NCBI GenBank assembly: GCA_003971905.1 | Contig: RSEE01000129.1 | Span: forward strand, 62,001-126,000 | Direction of reading: 5' to 3' | From: Moniliella sp. 'wahieum' | Lineage: Eukaryota | Length of the DNA stretch: 64,000 bases | Shown: positions 1-14,400 of the stretch, one piece after another | Numbering within the stretch: position 1 is the first letter of the stretch | Layout of the letters: the number at the start of each line of letters is the position of its first letter | Notes under the pieces: generated by a model | The model's database searches: none | The model's input: the letters and a program-made list of their open reading frames with translations, nothing else | Told to the model about the DNA's origin: nothing | Position numbers and translations under genes: made by a program

Positions 1-2076
1 AATGCGCTGGGTGAGCACAGGAGGGGGGGGGGGCGAGAGACAGGTACGATATGTGAAAGGCGAGGGGCGCTGAACGTTGGTTGAGGCCTGGGGGAAGCCT
101 GGGGGGACAGACGGATTTGTTCGCCACGGTGCCAGTGCACATGAACGCATGAACGCACTAAGGTACGAGAAAGCATGGAGTGAAATATGTAGTGAAGTAC
201 TGCCCCTGTGACATTGAGGAGGCACGGAAGGTTTTCCGAGCAACGCAGAGCCAACGAGAGAGCTCAGAGACAGGAGAGGGCCGTAGTCCTACGCAGATGG
301 GATGGAGTGGGAGGGGGGGGTGCGTGCTGTGCATTGCTCGTGTCGTTTGGCTTGCTCCCCCGTAGGCCCTACGAGAGAGACATGTTGGGCTACTGAGTAC
401 TTGCGAATTAGCGCTTCGCACTTCCAGCGGTGCCTGAGCTGACTTGGGCGCGCCTCCACTGCACGGGGTGTAGCGAGTATCAAGCGTGGTGTATCTTCGC
501 ATCAGATGGGCCAGACCGCATGTGGTAGGAGGGTACAACCGCATGTTTCGGGCGGGTTGGACGGACGTTGCGCGATTTATCGATTATCGGACTGGAGACA
601 TGTGCGTGTTGCCATCGAACAGCATATCTGCGTGCTGGTGCGTGCTTGGCTTGCACCCTGCAACGCGAGGGAGGGGGAGGGGGAGGGGAAAGGGGCTGTC
701 TTGTCGACTGGGACTTGAAGCTTGACGACGAACTGGCCTCAGGGCCTCAGCTGCCACTGGGCCAGAGCCCCATGGGTCTCACGTGCCCGTTCTCGAGAAC
801 CTTTTTGCTCGCCCAGACCGACCGACTGCTACCTAGTTAACTAGTTCGCGCCCGTTTTCAGTTTGCAGTCTGGATCAGATCGATCAAATCTCAGATCCCT
901 AGGGTCCACTGGGCCTTGGTCCGATATGTTCCGAACTTTCCTCTGCCCGCGCTCAACCGCCACCACCGCATCTCCGCGCCACTTTCGACACTCGAGCCAC
1001 GGATAATCCCGCGCGAGGATAGGCCGGGTGCTAGTTGCGCGTTGCAGTCCTCCTCGTGCCGCGGTCTACCTCTGCGATGAGCGCTTTTGGCACAGATGGA
1101 GCTGGTTGGCGTGGCGCCCAGGTGACTCCTATTGGGGGGGAATGCCTAGTTCGTGACTAGGGAGGAGGGCACATCCGATGGCGAAAGTTGCCACCGAGCA
1201 AAGCAGCTGCTTCCCCCAACCAAATAACGCAGCAGGAAGGCGCTGGAGTGGGGGTGTGATATTTCGCATCTGATGAAAAAAAACAGGGCAGCCATGCCAT
1301 CACAGCGGCAGGGGGGCAGTGTTGTGTTATCAGATGGGGCGAGCTTCTGTCGCGGGGGCGAGTAGGTACGTACCCTAGCCAAGCTGGGGTCCACGAACCC
1401 ATCAGATTCGCGATGCGAGGCCGAGGGAGGCAAAAGGGTCGCTGGGCACGCTGCCCCATCCTGCCGCCACGCTCCCCAGACGAGTGCGAGGGCGGGAGCC
1501 GGCCAGGAACGATCATCGACATCCTCCGCATGCATAGCGACGCATGCCATCCGTCGCCGTGTAGAGTATGCTAGTGCCTGCGTCGCCGCCGAGCGCCAAG
1601 GAGAGAAACAGCATGCGTTCCATCCGCGCATCAGGGCGTGTTGCCTGTGCGCACCCTCTTCAGCTGCTCTTCACGCGCAGGAAAAAAAAACTCCTCCACT
1701 CACACGCCGCATGCGGTCGCCTGTCGGGCAGAGCATGCGATCGATGGAATCGGGTTGGTGCCATGCCCAGTGCTGGCCCCCGCGCAGGGTCCCAGCAGGT
1801 GCCAGCCCGCCCAGCATGACAGCAGAGCTATCGACTGCATCCGCCCAGCACTCGTACTCATCAAGCTTTCAGCGTCAAGCTTCACGATAGCTCTTGCATC
1901 AAGACCCTGTGTCACCCTTCCCACCCCCTTGGGCCTGCCTCAGGCACAGCCACCCTCCTCCCTCCTTCACACCTCGGCGCTCGCTGTAGTATAACTAACT
2001 AACCAGCCGCTTCTTCTTCTCTCCCCCTTCTCTTTCAGCCACCGTGTCCTCCCTCCGTCTGTCGTCTGCCTGCGCC

Positions 2077-4220
2077 ATGGGTCCTCTTGTCCTCGCCGCC
2101 GCCACGGCGTTCCTCACGGCCGGCCGCGTGTCGGGTGCGTTTGTCGACCAGTACTATAGCATGGACTGGGTGCCGAACCAGGACCCCGCTGCGTTGGGCA
2201 AGCCGCGCTCGGCCGTCGGCTACACAACACCTGGCCCCCGCCCGTCATCAATGTCAACTCGACCGACCGCCTGCACGTGACGGTGTACAACAACCTCGGC
2301 CAAGGCGGCTCGCTCCACAGCCACGGCATCTTCTTTAACAACACGGCCTACTACGACGGCACCACCCCGCTCACCCAGTGCCCCATCCCGCCCGGCGGCA
2401 ACTTGACGTACGAGATTCTCAATTCGGAGCGGGCTGCGCCCAACTCGACCCAGAATGTGGGCACGTACTGGATGCACTCCCACTCCGAGGGCGCCTACCC
2501 TGACGGCATGCGCGCGCCCCTCATCATCCACCCCACCCAGGGCAGCGCCCACCAGTACGACGATGATTACACCATCCTCTTTAGCGACTGGTACACGCGC
2601 TACAACAACGATTTGCTCAACAATGAATTTTTAAACAAGAGAACCCGACCGGCGCCGAGCCCGTGCCGGACCGTTGCTTGAGTACGTCTACCCTGCCCTG
2701 CCCTTCCCTCTTCTCTCTCTCTCTTTTCTCTCTCTTCTCTCTCTCTCTTTCGAAGGAGACGGCTCGTTCTTTTTTTTGCTCCTCCTCCTCCGCCTCGTCT
2801 CGTAGGTTTCCGCTGACTGTAGGATCGCAGTGTACGCCGCTCGCACGCGGCAGGACGGGCCAACCAACCCGCCCTACCTCTCCGGCTTTAACGAGAATGT
2901 GACGATTCATTTTGAACCCGGCAAGACGTATCGCCTCCGGTTTACCAACGTGGGTATCTTTGCCATGGCCAACCTGTGGATTGACGGACACGATATGCGT
3001 ATCATTGAGGTGGATGGTGTTGAGACGGAGGAGTACCCGACCGACGTGGTTCCCCTCTCGACAGCGCAGCGGGTCAGCGTCCTCGTCACGGCGCGCAACG
3101 ATACGTCCAAGGACTGGCAACTCAACTCGTACCAGAACACGGACATGTACGATGTGGTGCCGTCGCAGCTGCGCTGTGGGAGTACATTCGGATTGGGTAT
3201 GCGGACCATCCGCAGGAACTGGGTCCGACGACGGAGAAGTCGGAGTTCAACTTTTTCAACGACATGGACCTGCGCCCATTGAAGCCAAGCCGATTCTCAG
3301 TCCCGACTCGAAGACGCTGGTGCCGTTCAACTTCAACACGTTCCGCAGCAACAAGAATTACGCTACGATCATGGAGGACCAAACCACGTTTATTGCCCCG
3401 CAGACTCCGGCGATGTTTACCGCGTTGAGCATGGGCGCCGATGCGCGCAACATGGCGGTCTATGGGGCGGGAGGAAACGCGTTCCTCGGTGAATGGTTGA
3501 CCACGGTAAGATTACGATTCAGAACCTCGACACGGGCGAGCATCCGTTCCATCTGCACGGATTGTGTTCCAGATTGTGCAAAAGGTACAGGACTACACTG
3601 TCGCACCGCCGGTCAATGAGTCGCAGGTCTCTCCAATTCGGAGAGATACAGTGTCCATCCCAGCGGGAGGACAGGTGGTGCTGCGTGTGTTTATTGATGC
3701 GCCAGGCGTTTGGTTCTTGCACTGCCACATCCAGTGGCATCTCCAGGTACGTGGGGCTCCTTTTCCGTCTCTTGAGTTTGGGGGTTGGGTTGTTAGGCCC
3801 GCGAGGCAGGACCCGAACCAACGGTCGTCCAAGCTGTAGGTACTGACGCTTTCTTTGTTCTGAATCACAGAGCGGCTTGGCAGCCATGTTGGTTGCTGCG
3901 CCTGAGCGGATTCAAAGTGAGATCCACTTGCCCGACGGGATGAAGGAGCACTGTGCGGCAATGAACTTGCCCAGCGAGGGCAATGCGGGGGGGTGTACTC
4001 GCTGACGGACTTTGGCACGCTGCCTGGGCAACCGGAGATGTTCCCCGTGGGCTGGACGGGCAAGGCGACGGGCGCATTCATTGGGTGCTTGATTAGTGCC
4101 TTGCTGGGCATTGGGAGCATTGTGGTGTACGGCTCGGGCGAAGCCGACCCGGAGGAGTACATTCTCAAGACCAAGTGGTACAAGGCCCTGTGGAACAAGG
4201 CCCGGTCCAGCAAGGCCTAA
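2077..4220 (+). CDS. FET3: Fet3-type multicopper ferroxidase (signal peptide, C-terminal TM helix); introns 2682-2830 and 3747-3870; several frameshifts
   Basis: Copper motifs SLHSHG, YWMHSH, HPFHLHG and HCHIQWHLQ|SGL. Ferroxidase-type acidic residues in TGAEPVPD, DMYD and NLDTGEH. C-terminal hydrophobic GAFIGCLISALLGIGSIVVYG. Both introns have GTACGT donors and CTGAC branch sites. Confidence 0.88.
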
Positions 4221-4654
4221 CTAGCGTTAGGGCTTCGTATATGCTTCTACTCCTTTGTTGGATACCGTTTTGGGCCCGCACGATCTCCCTCCCCCGGCCC
4301 TCTTGCCCAATTTTTATGCGATGACTACGATGATAGACCTGCAATGTGTTCATATCAAATGGCTGGAACAGGTGATGGCCAGTGGGTGGAGGCTGGTGGA
4401 TGTGGTGGCCATGTCCACAGCGTAGATAGTTTGTACGTTGTACTGCGGACGAGACGGAACCACACAGAAGCTGATCATCATCAGCAAGAGATGTATTCTC
4501 ATGTACGTTTGTTGCGTACTGTGCAGGAGCAACACACCTACTCACACATCATGTGATGTCGCATATCACATCATGTCACATGTCACGCTGCCTGGTCTGC
4601 AATGTTACCTTTTGTCGAGGTTGAACGTTGAGAGCGATCTCAACTCATCTGAGT

Positions 4655-4713
4655 ACTCACAACTCACAACTCACAACTCACAACTCTCAACCACAACTCT
4701 CACCTCCCAACTC
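4655..4713. repeat. (CTCACAA)n heptamer microsatellite
   Basis: ctcacaactcacaactcacaactcacaactctcaaccacaactc is directly visible. Confidence 0.8.
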
Positions 4714-4855
4714 TGAGATCAAAGAGTGGTTACCGGGTAACCCGTGGGCGAATCTCGGTTGACGCGTCGAGCAACCTGGTTACTCGTATCAGGACGGGTT
4801 TCTGCTCGCTTCTACCCCGGCAGCCGGCAGTGAGCACGCGCACAAGGGGGATCGC

Positions 4856-6752
4856 ATGATCAGCGCCTCTCCTCCAGGGGAGCCGCGCCAGGCCAGGCGT
4901 TCCCTTCCAGCGCTTGACGACCGAGACGATGACGACGGCGAAGAGGACGACTTTTGGGACCGCCTTCCGGCCGGTATCCTTACCACGCTCGATGCGCCTT
5001 CACTTGCGCCAGATCCCACCACCCTCGCCCACGCACACCAGCCCGCCTCGCGGCTCGACCAGCTCCCTGCGCCGCCCCCGCGGCTTCCCCTCCATTCCCC
5101 GCTCCCCACTCTCGCCATCGATGCAGGGACACAGCACAACCTCACCCGCCGCCTTGCTTCCCTCCACACGCCTCTCCCCGCGCCAGCCTGCTCCCGCACA
5201 CACACACACACCGGCCCACCACGTTCTCGCCGGCCTATCTGCCGAGGACATGTTCGGGGACATGTCCGACATTGAAGACCGATCCGAAACTGATTCGGCC
5301 GCTGCCGCCCTCTTAGCTGACTCGCCTGCGCGGTGGCTCGCCGCGCCCGGCACGCCCACCACACCCACTTCCAGGTCAGATCGCTACCTCGCACAACCCA
5401 AACCTTGACCCAGATGCTGCATCCTCACTCGCCTGGAGCTCCTGCGCGTTGTCTTTGTGTCCGCCACGCACACCGGGGGGGGGGAGGTGCCTCCCCCCCC
5501 GCCCGACCTGACGGGGTAGCGTTGTTGGACTGGTTTGCGCAGTGGGCGCAGCCCGAGGGACGCGCGTGCCTACTCACGGAGCTGCCGCCGGACCGACAAC
5601 GCGTGTACCGGGACCAGTTCTTGCTTGTCGACCGTCCGCCTGCGACGGTGGGTGCCGCGTCCTTAGGCCCGTTCGGCCGGGCGGGCCGGATCAAGGCTTG
5701 GAAAGGCCTCCAGGTGGACCCCTTGGAGGAGGAAGAGGAGGAGGAGGAGGAGGTGGTGCAAGGGCCAGAACGTGAGGCCGAGCCTGGGGGGCTTGGGCTT
5801 GGCCACGCTGCCCTGCTCGACCTGGCGCTCGCGGGCGCGGACCGCTCGTGGTACTGTCCGTGGTAGTGTTCGTGGTAGCGCTCGTGGTGGGTTCGTGGCG
5901 CTCGTGGTGGTGCTCGGGGACGCGGACGTGGTGCGGCCCGAGGAAGGGGCAGGACCAAGGGTGTGTTTACAGCGACTGAGGACAACGGGCTCCGAAGCGA
6001 CCAGCTCGCTCATAATCGCCGGCAATGGCGCCGCTGGACCCGCGGCGGGGGGACCAGTGCAGGCAAGCCCTAGCCCCACGCGAGGGAATCCATCATTTTT
6101 GTATTGTAGTTTCCACTTGGCTGCCGAGTCGGCTTCTATGGCGAGGCAGGCGTGTGGAACGTGAAAGATGTAATTGATCAGAAAAGCGCAGGGGTTGAGG
6201 GTGGGAGAAAGAAAGGTGAGGCCGATCGTTGTCTGCTCAGTGTATTCGGTAAGTGGGATGGACGTTTCGGTCCACATTTGCAAAGCGAGCTGGTCGCGTG
6301 CGTGTTGGGTGTACAAGTTGTTGGGTCGCGGAGGGCGTCGGGGACCCACTGGATGGGCGCACAACTGGCGCACTTGGTGCTCGAAACGACCCTACCAGTG
6401 TCAGTCATCGTTCCAAGCTCCGTTAAGCTTCAAGCTCTTCAAGGTTCCTTCGAGCTTTTTCAACTCGAAATCTACCGCAACCTGTATGATGTGAGTTGTG
6501 GAGGATAGGGTCCCTCTTGGGTCAATCTCATTGATCATAATTGATCAGACCTACGGTGGGAAAGCCTCAGACCATCTGAATATTGCTGCAAAACACGCGC
6601 CCTTGGTCACCCCTCCCCATCATGCACATGATACGTGCATGCATCATGAGATGCATCGACCATTGACACGCCCTTCGTCGCTCCCGTTTCCCCTCGCTCA
6701 AAGGCGTGCGCAAATAAGTGGTGTATGCCCAACGGACGGGCAAGTGTTGTAG
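4856..6752 (+). CDS. Hypothetical protein (acidic/disordered N-terminus, globular-looking C-terminal part); frameshifted; probable intron 6491-6548
   Basis: Chain of overlapping + strand ORFs (4856, 4914, 5333, 5772, 6152) with protein-like composition. A GTGAGT...CAG intron joins in frame to a last exon. No family recognised. Confidence 0.45.
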
Positions 6753-8134
6753 GGTCTGTCGTATTTAACCAATAACCGATTACCGATCCAATCAGAGCTT
6801 GTGTGCTGCTTGCTAGCAAGTTTAGCGAGCGCTGTACTGTCGAGCTTGAGCGGCATCGCTGCCCGAAATACCACCAATTCCAAGAGCTTGGTGTGCATGT
6901 ATACCGAGGGATATATGTGGTGCAACTACTGACTTTTTCCAACACAACTAGGGATGCGCGCTAGATCGACAGAAGTTGGAGCGCGGGGCAGCGCTTTCCC
7001 CTTGGAGTTGGGTCCAGCTGCAGTTGTGGATCGATCAAGCTAGTGTCGATCAAGCTTCAAGTGTGACAATTATTAACGTTCAACACGACGGAGTGCTGAG
7101 TTACTCAACCGAGCAACTGTGTGCGCTAGTGGACTGGGCGTACGCGGCTTGGGCTGAGCGGCTGCGCCTCGGCGCTGAATATTGAATGGAGGGCAGGCGG
7201 GAGCGATGAGGCTGATGATCGATGAGGCGCAGAGATGATGTGGGCTGTTGCGCAGCTACATACCATGGTCGGTGTGCTGCTGGTAACGGTGATCATCGAG
7301 ATGATGTGTTTCGAAGTACTATATGGACTCGGTGTGACATTGTGAGGACTGAGTCTCAGTACTGAGTCTCGGTGCTCTGGTGCTGGCGAGCTGCGACAAC
7401 CACGGGTGCGAGCGTGTCGAGGGTTTTCGGGCGGCTCTCGAAGAGGAGCAGCTGGGGAGTCTGTTGAGACATGTCTCTCTCTGAGCCTCTATCGTGGAGG
7501 GAAACAAAGAAGGTGTGGAGCAGACTCGAGTTGGTACGATGGTGGGGAGAGGTGGTGTTGAACGTTCAGTTGAGCGTTGACGTTGAGCGTTGGAGCTTGA
7601 AGCTCAAAGGTGGACCGACTTGCTGCTTACAGGGGAAGGGGTCGTTGAAGCTGTTCAAGCCCCCCGCCTGGCTCGCTTCGAAGGTTCGTCAAGGGGACAG
7701 CGGCCGGCGAGTTCCCAACAATGGGCATTCCACAGGTGTGGCGCCCGCTTTCAGCAGCTGGGATGCGTCGCGGGGGATGCGTCTCCCCCCGGGCGTGGGG
7801 GCAGTGCCTCCACAGACTCTCGCAGGCTCTCACAGCTCCCGCCCGGCCCGATGGTCTCTTCTTCACTGCCCCCATGCTCAGCCGGCCACAGTTGGGGTGG
7901 CAGCGGCGTGGCTGCGGCCCAGCGCACCAGCGCACCAGCGCAGTGTCCTTGCCCGCTCGCAATCGTATACATATCGGCATCTCAGATCTCAGCATCTCCG
8001 ACTGCATCATGCACCACACTCGTGTCGATACGAGTCCAAGCGCCAGTAGTTACCACAAAAACCACTTTACACGTCGGCTACCCCCAGCGCTTCCGCCAGC
8101 AACCGGTCCACCCCCACCCCCACCCCGACCAACC

Positions 8135-9562
8135 ATGTCCACCGCTGTTGCTGAGTCCAGGCCAACCGTATCGAGCTCGAGCTCGAGCCTGGCCCGCTCA
8201 CCGTCCCGTACCCGCTCGGTCGCCTGCTCGCCATGGCCAAGAGTGCGACGTCGCTGCATGCGGCCTTCCATTCATCTCCCGCCTCGCAACCACACTTATC
8301 CTCATCTGCCCCTCCCTCCCACCCTCGCCCTTCCACCCATCGGTATTTGCGACTGCCGCCACACCTGGCCCTAGGGAACCTGCGTTTCCTTCCAGCGTGG
8401 TTCCGAACCCAAAGAGAGGGACGCTACTGCCGCGGCCAGTGGCCCTCATTATTTCCCGCCTGGCCCTGGGCCAGACGAAGATGAGGATACAGAGGGCCAA
8501 TCTGGACGGACAGGAGGGACGCCACGAATACGCCATCGGCTCCTTAAACGAAGCCACTCCGTCTTGCCTCCTGTTCAGCTCCGCAGCCCAGCACCCGCCC
8601 AACTACCCCATTGGGGGTTGACCCGGCCCATTCTCCATTTACTGCGCCTAGAGAAGCAGACAGCCACGTCTCGACCCATCCACGGGGGTGCACCTACCCT
8701 CCTCACCCCTTGTGTGCGGGAGACCTATGGCGCCCCTCATCCCTGCCCTGTTCACGGACGAAAGCACTTTTCTCCTCTCGTCCATCTCCCAGTCCAGCGA
8801 GACGCGGGCCCAAGCGCATACCCCTCTCCGATCTTGCCTCTATCTGACTCGATGGTGCAGGCGGTGAAAGACATGGGGGCAGGCCAGATCCCTTCGGCTA
8901 CTCATACGCGGCACAGAGCGCCAACGCAAAGCGCTGTCCATCTGGATTTGCACCATGACCTTGAAAGGGGCCGACCAGGCAGCACCTTCTTCCCCGCATC
9001 TGCCTCTCCCACCGACGCGCGAGCTACCGATGTTGTGCCAGCGTGGAAGAAACGTAACCGTTCTCGCACGGGCAGCATAGGCAGCATGGGCACCCCAGGG
9101 AGAGTACGGGAGGATGAGTTTAACTTTTCAGCTGGCCGGGCTCCCAGGAAAGGAGGAATAGGGGCACGGTGTTACCACCAGTACCTCCTGTGCCATCTGT
9201 GCCCTTGGCGCTGCCCGCTCACCCCTCGGTGCCCTGCAGCCCCAGGCGAGATGTAGGATGACCGGATTGATGATTGATGAGCAAAGAGCCAGTGCTAGTG
9301 AGGGCGATGGAGCGAGGATCCCCCCAATAAAGGGAAGATATAGAGGAGGTGATGCCCTCCGCTGGGTGGTTTCGTTGGTGGGAAAAGCAGTGACGGAGGC
9401 GAGGGATGGAACTCGTTGGGGCTTCTGGAGATATTGGAACGTGAAGCTTGAAGTGAGAATTTGAGAGCTGGGTCAGGGAGCGTATCGGCAAAGCGGAGAG
9501 GGGTCCAATGTGTGTGACCAGCACGTGTGCCGGCGAGCAGGGGGGCAGCGAAGAGCTGTAGT
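8135..9562 (+). CDS. Hypothetical low-complexity (S/P/R-rich) protein, frameshifted; ends approximate
   Basis: ACCATG start at 8135 followed by successive + strand ORF fragments (7590, 8564, 9258). No motif recognised. Confidence 0.3.
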
Positions 9563-10184
9563 AGGCACAGCGCCACCATCTCGTATCAACATCCTTTTAC
9601 CGTGCAATCCATCCTTGACTTCACAGGCAACAACTCTCCTGCGTTTTTCTCTTACTATAGATTTTGGCAGCCGTTTCCCAGACGAGCATCCAAGAACCAA
9701 CTATTGGTTTTCCAGTTTGTACTGGACCCCGTGGGCAATGCGTATCCTTCTGGCCACTGACCCCTCCATTCTATAGGAAACGGATGTTACGGGCGGACGC
9801 GTGCTGGCGATTCAGCGGAGCGCGCCGATCCCGTTTCAAGCCCCAGACCTGTCGCCCTATTCTGCCAATGGGAATGGCGGTTACCCTAGTCGATTGAGTG
9901 AGCTCCTGACTATGGACACTTTGGCTCTCAACTCTCGGTGAGGTACTGAGTTCAGTGGCGCTGTGTGCATAGGAAAGCGAAAATTGCCGTGTTCTTAACC
10001 CTAGGTTAGCACATCACGTGACGCGGGACGCTGGGATGACATGCATGACAGAGAAGGGCGCGATGATCGATGATCGATGATCGATGGTCCCCCAATGGGG
10101 CGGAATGGCTTGTTTCCGCCCCTGGCCAACCTGCGTTCTTCTCGTCTTCTCGCGGCCGAGGAGAGAGCCGGCGGCTGCCCCACC

Positions 10185-11023
10185 ATGTTCTCCCTCGTGC
10201 GTGCGCGCATGGGGCTTCAGGCCCCTTCTCTATCGCTGGCCACGCGTGTGCTCGCTGTTGCCCCGCCGCGCCGCAGCCGCAGCCGCTGCTTCGGAGGCAG
10301 TTCCAGCGTCGCCCTGTGCGCCCGCCGCGCCGGTCAACTTGGACCCGAACCGCAAGTTCCCTGCGCGCAAGGTCTTCCTGGTGGAACAGTACCAGCAGAT
10401 CTTTGATGAGTGCAAGATGATCATCTTGCTCCAGTTCAACTCCATCACCGCTCCTGAGATGGACAAGGTGCGCACGGACCTGGCCAACGTCCCGCTCACT
10501 CTGGGCGAGGAACCGGTCGGGCCGGACGGCGCCCGTTGCGCAAGGCTCGTCTGATGATCGTCCGTAACGGATAGCCAAGTACGCTGCGCGGTCGCACAAG
10601 AGCAGTCAGGTGCGCAACTTGGCGCGTGCATTTTCAGGCCCGATGGCCATGGTGCATTGCGGTCACTTTTCCCCTGGGTACATGGGCCGCATCTTAGCTA
10701 CGCTGGACAAGAGTTTGGGTGGTCGTGCGGTGCCCGCGCCGAAAACGGGAACGTATGCGCCCGAACAAACCAACATGAACTACCGTTTGATGCCGCTCGT
10801 CGCCCTCTTGGAAGGAAAACGTTACCCCCTCCACTTGGCTCGGAACGCGGCCAAGTTCCCCGAGCTGAAGCAGCTGCAGGCCGAGCTGCTCGGCGTTCTT
10901 TCCGCCCCGGGACAGAAGTTGGCTGGCACTATGGCCCAGGCAGCCGGTGGCGACCTGTCTCTTTTGCTCGAGGCACGCATCCGCGAGCTCAAGGGCCCCG
11001 AGGAGGGAGAGGAGAGCTCGTGA
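10185..11023 (+). CDS. MRPL11: Mitochondrial ribosomal protein uL10m (yeast MrpL11-like)
   Basis: Arg/Ser/Leu-rich presequence MFSLVRARMG; RKVFLVEQYQQIF..IILLQFNSITAPEMDKVR; FSGPMA; FPELKQLQAELLGVLSAPGQKL, typical of the L10 C-terminal helix. Confidence 0.75.
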
Positions 11024-11478
11024 ACTGGCGATGCATGCATACTGTTACTATTGTTCTGCGTGGTAGGAAGCGCTGGCGTAGGCGACGGACGTTTGTATCT
11101 GACTGGATTGCATAGGACCAAGAAGCAGGGGCAAAGAACGCGCACACATAGATCAGGATCTGTTCAGTCTAGTGGTGAACGTTCGGTAGCGCGTTTGACC
11201 GTGCCAGGTCCAGATGGGTCGTCTGCGTCCCCAAACTACTGTGCTCTCTGAGATGTGAGAGAGATGTGAGAGCTCAAGGGAGCTGGAGGGATGCCGATCA
11301 TCAATTCATCATTAACATTCAATGTGCATGCCCTATCATTGTGCATCAACAGGGAGTAGGGGACGGGGATCAATTCAAACGGCATGTGACGCGTGACGAG
11401 TAAAGAAACCAAGATTAGGTGCTCGAGCAAGAGCACACAAGGCAAGCAGAAGCAGGCATTTGCAAGACAGGATTGAAG

Positions 11479-14400
11479 TTAACCTTGGGTCGCTGCAAAG
11501 TCGGCCAAGACATCAATCACGTTTTGCGGCGCATCAACGTGCCAATGTGCCATCGTTTTCCTGTTGGCCGGGCCGACGGTGACGGTGTACAAGCTGATGG
11601 TGCGGTGGGGGTCGAGGCGTGCGACTGGGCCAACGGGTGGGCACCGATCGCCATAGCCGTCTCCCAAGGGTGCGCGGTAGGCTGCAGCTCGGAATTGGCT
11701 AGGTCCTCGTCCTCGGCCCAATCAGGTTCCGCACCGAGCGCGGCGGCCAGCTCGCGGACCGGCAGAGCGCTAGTCTGGGCCGGCATGGCTGGACTCGCTG
11801 GGCTCATGGGGGAAAGAGAAGGACGGTAGGTGGGTCGTTCTTTGCGCTTTCACCGCCGCCAAGGCACGGAACATGTCTTCGTCCGTCTTGTCGTCGCCAG
11901 CACAGAAACAAACTCTGTCTCAGGATGGGCAGCGAGGATACGCTTCACAATCTCCCCTTTGTTCACCGCCAACGGACGGACCTCCAGGTTCTTCTTGCCG
12001 ACCAAGACCTCGATGGGAAGGCGGTCGTAGGCCAACAGGTTTTCCAGGTGCGCCTGACATTCCTTAGCCTGAAACGAACCAAAGTCCGGGTCGGCGTTGC
12101 GGTAGTGCCAGGTGATTGAGCTCTTCTTCTGTTCAATATGCGAGCCTCCCGTGCGCTAATGTTTAAGTTAGTAACCGTCGACGGCACAGGAATGCGAAAA
12201 CGTGTGTGGTGTGGGGGGCGTACCTCAGTGTAGTACTCAAAGATGGCCCGGATGTCCTGCTGCCAGGACATATCGAAATCCTTGGCAATGTTAATCCATT
12301 CGTCTTCTCCGGGCTCTTTGAGGAAGCACCCATGCTCAGCCGAAAACCCGAGGTTGTGCAGGTGACCAAGGTGCTTGGAGAGGAAGTGCTGGTCGCGTCC
12401 AGAGATGATAAAGATCACGTTCTGGGGTCCTGGCTAAGCGTCGCCAGCGTTTCGAGCAGCTGGGCCGAAGGCACAGCCATCTCGGGCAACTTGACAATCG
12501 GCGTCAACGTCCCATCATAGTCGAGCAGGATCAAACGGCGACGGGTAGGAGGAGCAGGCCGGTTCCAATCGGCTTGGATTGCCGCCAGGTCGAGCGGGGA
12601 GTGAGGTGCGACGTCTCCTCCACATGAAGGCGGTAAACCAGTTGGCGGACCAAGGTGGCGGCCCAAGTGTGGGAGGTGTGGAGAGTAACTTGGTCGTAAG
12701 CAAGTCGATGCCGGAGCGCCTTCTCATCAGGTGCCAGTGAGAGCGCTTCGTTGATCGCCTGGGCCACCCCCCAGACGTTCCAGGGGTTGACTTGGATCGC
12801 TGTGCGCATCCGGCTGGCGGTGCCCGTGAATTCAGAGAGAACCAGGGGAGACTTTTTGCCATATTGTTCTTGGCAAATCACATACTCCATCGACGTTGTG
12901 TTCATCCCATCCCGCACCGACGTTACGAGCGCCAAATCGGCCACCCCCAGCAGCGCAAAGTACTCATCCCGATCAATGATCTGGTGATAGTGGTGTACCG
13001 GCGCAAACGAGAGAGTGCCATACTCGGAATTGATCTGGGAGACCAACTCGCTAACTTGGCGCTCAAGCGCTGGTGACTCATGCACCGCCGGCGAGGTCAC
13101 TTGGATCAACGCCACCTTACCCCCCATTCGGGGTATTCCCGCAACAGCGTCTGGAACGCTTGCAGCTTCTGCAGCACCCCGCACCACATCCAACTTGTCC
13201 CGTCCCACAATAATCTTCTTGCCTGCGTACAGACGTCGGAAGGCGTCCATCTTGGGTCCCACCCCGGGTGAGCGCGCATCCTTGACCATCTTGACCGCAT
13301 CAATCCCGATGGGGTTGTAGCTGATTGCCGTGATTTGCCCGTCAGCAGACTCAACAGAGTTGTAAGAGGCATCAAAGCCACAGACCCGGATGCAAGAGGA
13401 GAGGAAGTGACGTGAATAAGAAAAGGCTTGGAAGCAGGCCAGGTCAGCACCCAGCATACCCTCAAGGATCGCTTGGCGCTTGGGTAGGCAGCGGAAGACC
13501 TCACTCGAGGGAAAGGGTGCGTGCATGAAAAGGGTGATGTGTGCCTCGGGCACCAGCTGCCGCAGGAGCTTCGGTACCAACAAGAGGTGGTAGTCATGGA
13601 CAATCACCATGTCCCCCGGCACGTACTCGGCGGCGATTCGCTGAGCATACGCCAGGTTTGCCTCATAGTACGCATCCCAGCTCGAGTCGTCCCAGCTCGA
13701 GCCCGTCTTGACTGGGTTCACATCCTCCCACAACAGGTAGTGCAACAGCGGCCAGAGCACCGTCTTGCAATAGCCCTCGTAGTGGCCGTGTGCGACGCGC
13801 GACTCCATCCACACAGGCACATACTTGATCCCGTAATCGCCATGGCCAACCACGTGTTCGTCCTCTTCCTCTTCTTCCTCCTTGCGCTCCTCCTTGGCAG
13901 CCGAACTGATGGTGCGGTACACCTTGTGCTGCCACCGTTCCTTGGGAGATGGCGACAGTCCATTCCCGTCCGCCCGCCCATCGATGGCGGGGCCGATGTC
14001 GCTGGACCACTTGGAAGGGTCCTCGAGGTCACTCAGCACCTGCTCAATCTCCTTCCGCTCCGAATCGGAGAGGGTGGCTGCGTCGGTGCGCTGGTTACCC
14101 GGCGCCTTGGTGGGAAACGTAATGTCCCCCGTCCAGCCAATGAACGTCTGTTTGTGGGTCTTGCAAAGACTCTGGACTCCACTGCTGAGCGCAGTGTGGC
14201 CACGACGAGGTGTAAGAACCCAGTGCGACGAAGCATGAGATACCATATCGTAATCGGTTGGATTGTCCGAGGAAGGAGCAGTCGACTCCAATGGCGGAGA
14301 GGAGAGAAGAGTCTGGTTGTTCCGTGGCGAGTTCCGGTGGGATGTTGGAGGTGAGGGGAGTGTCAGCCTCGGAGGAAGCCTCCTCTCTCTCTTCCCCCGC

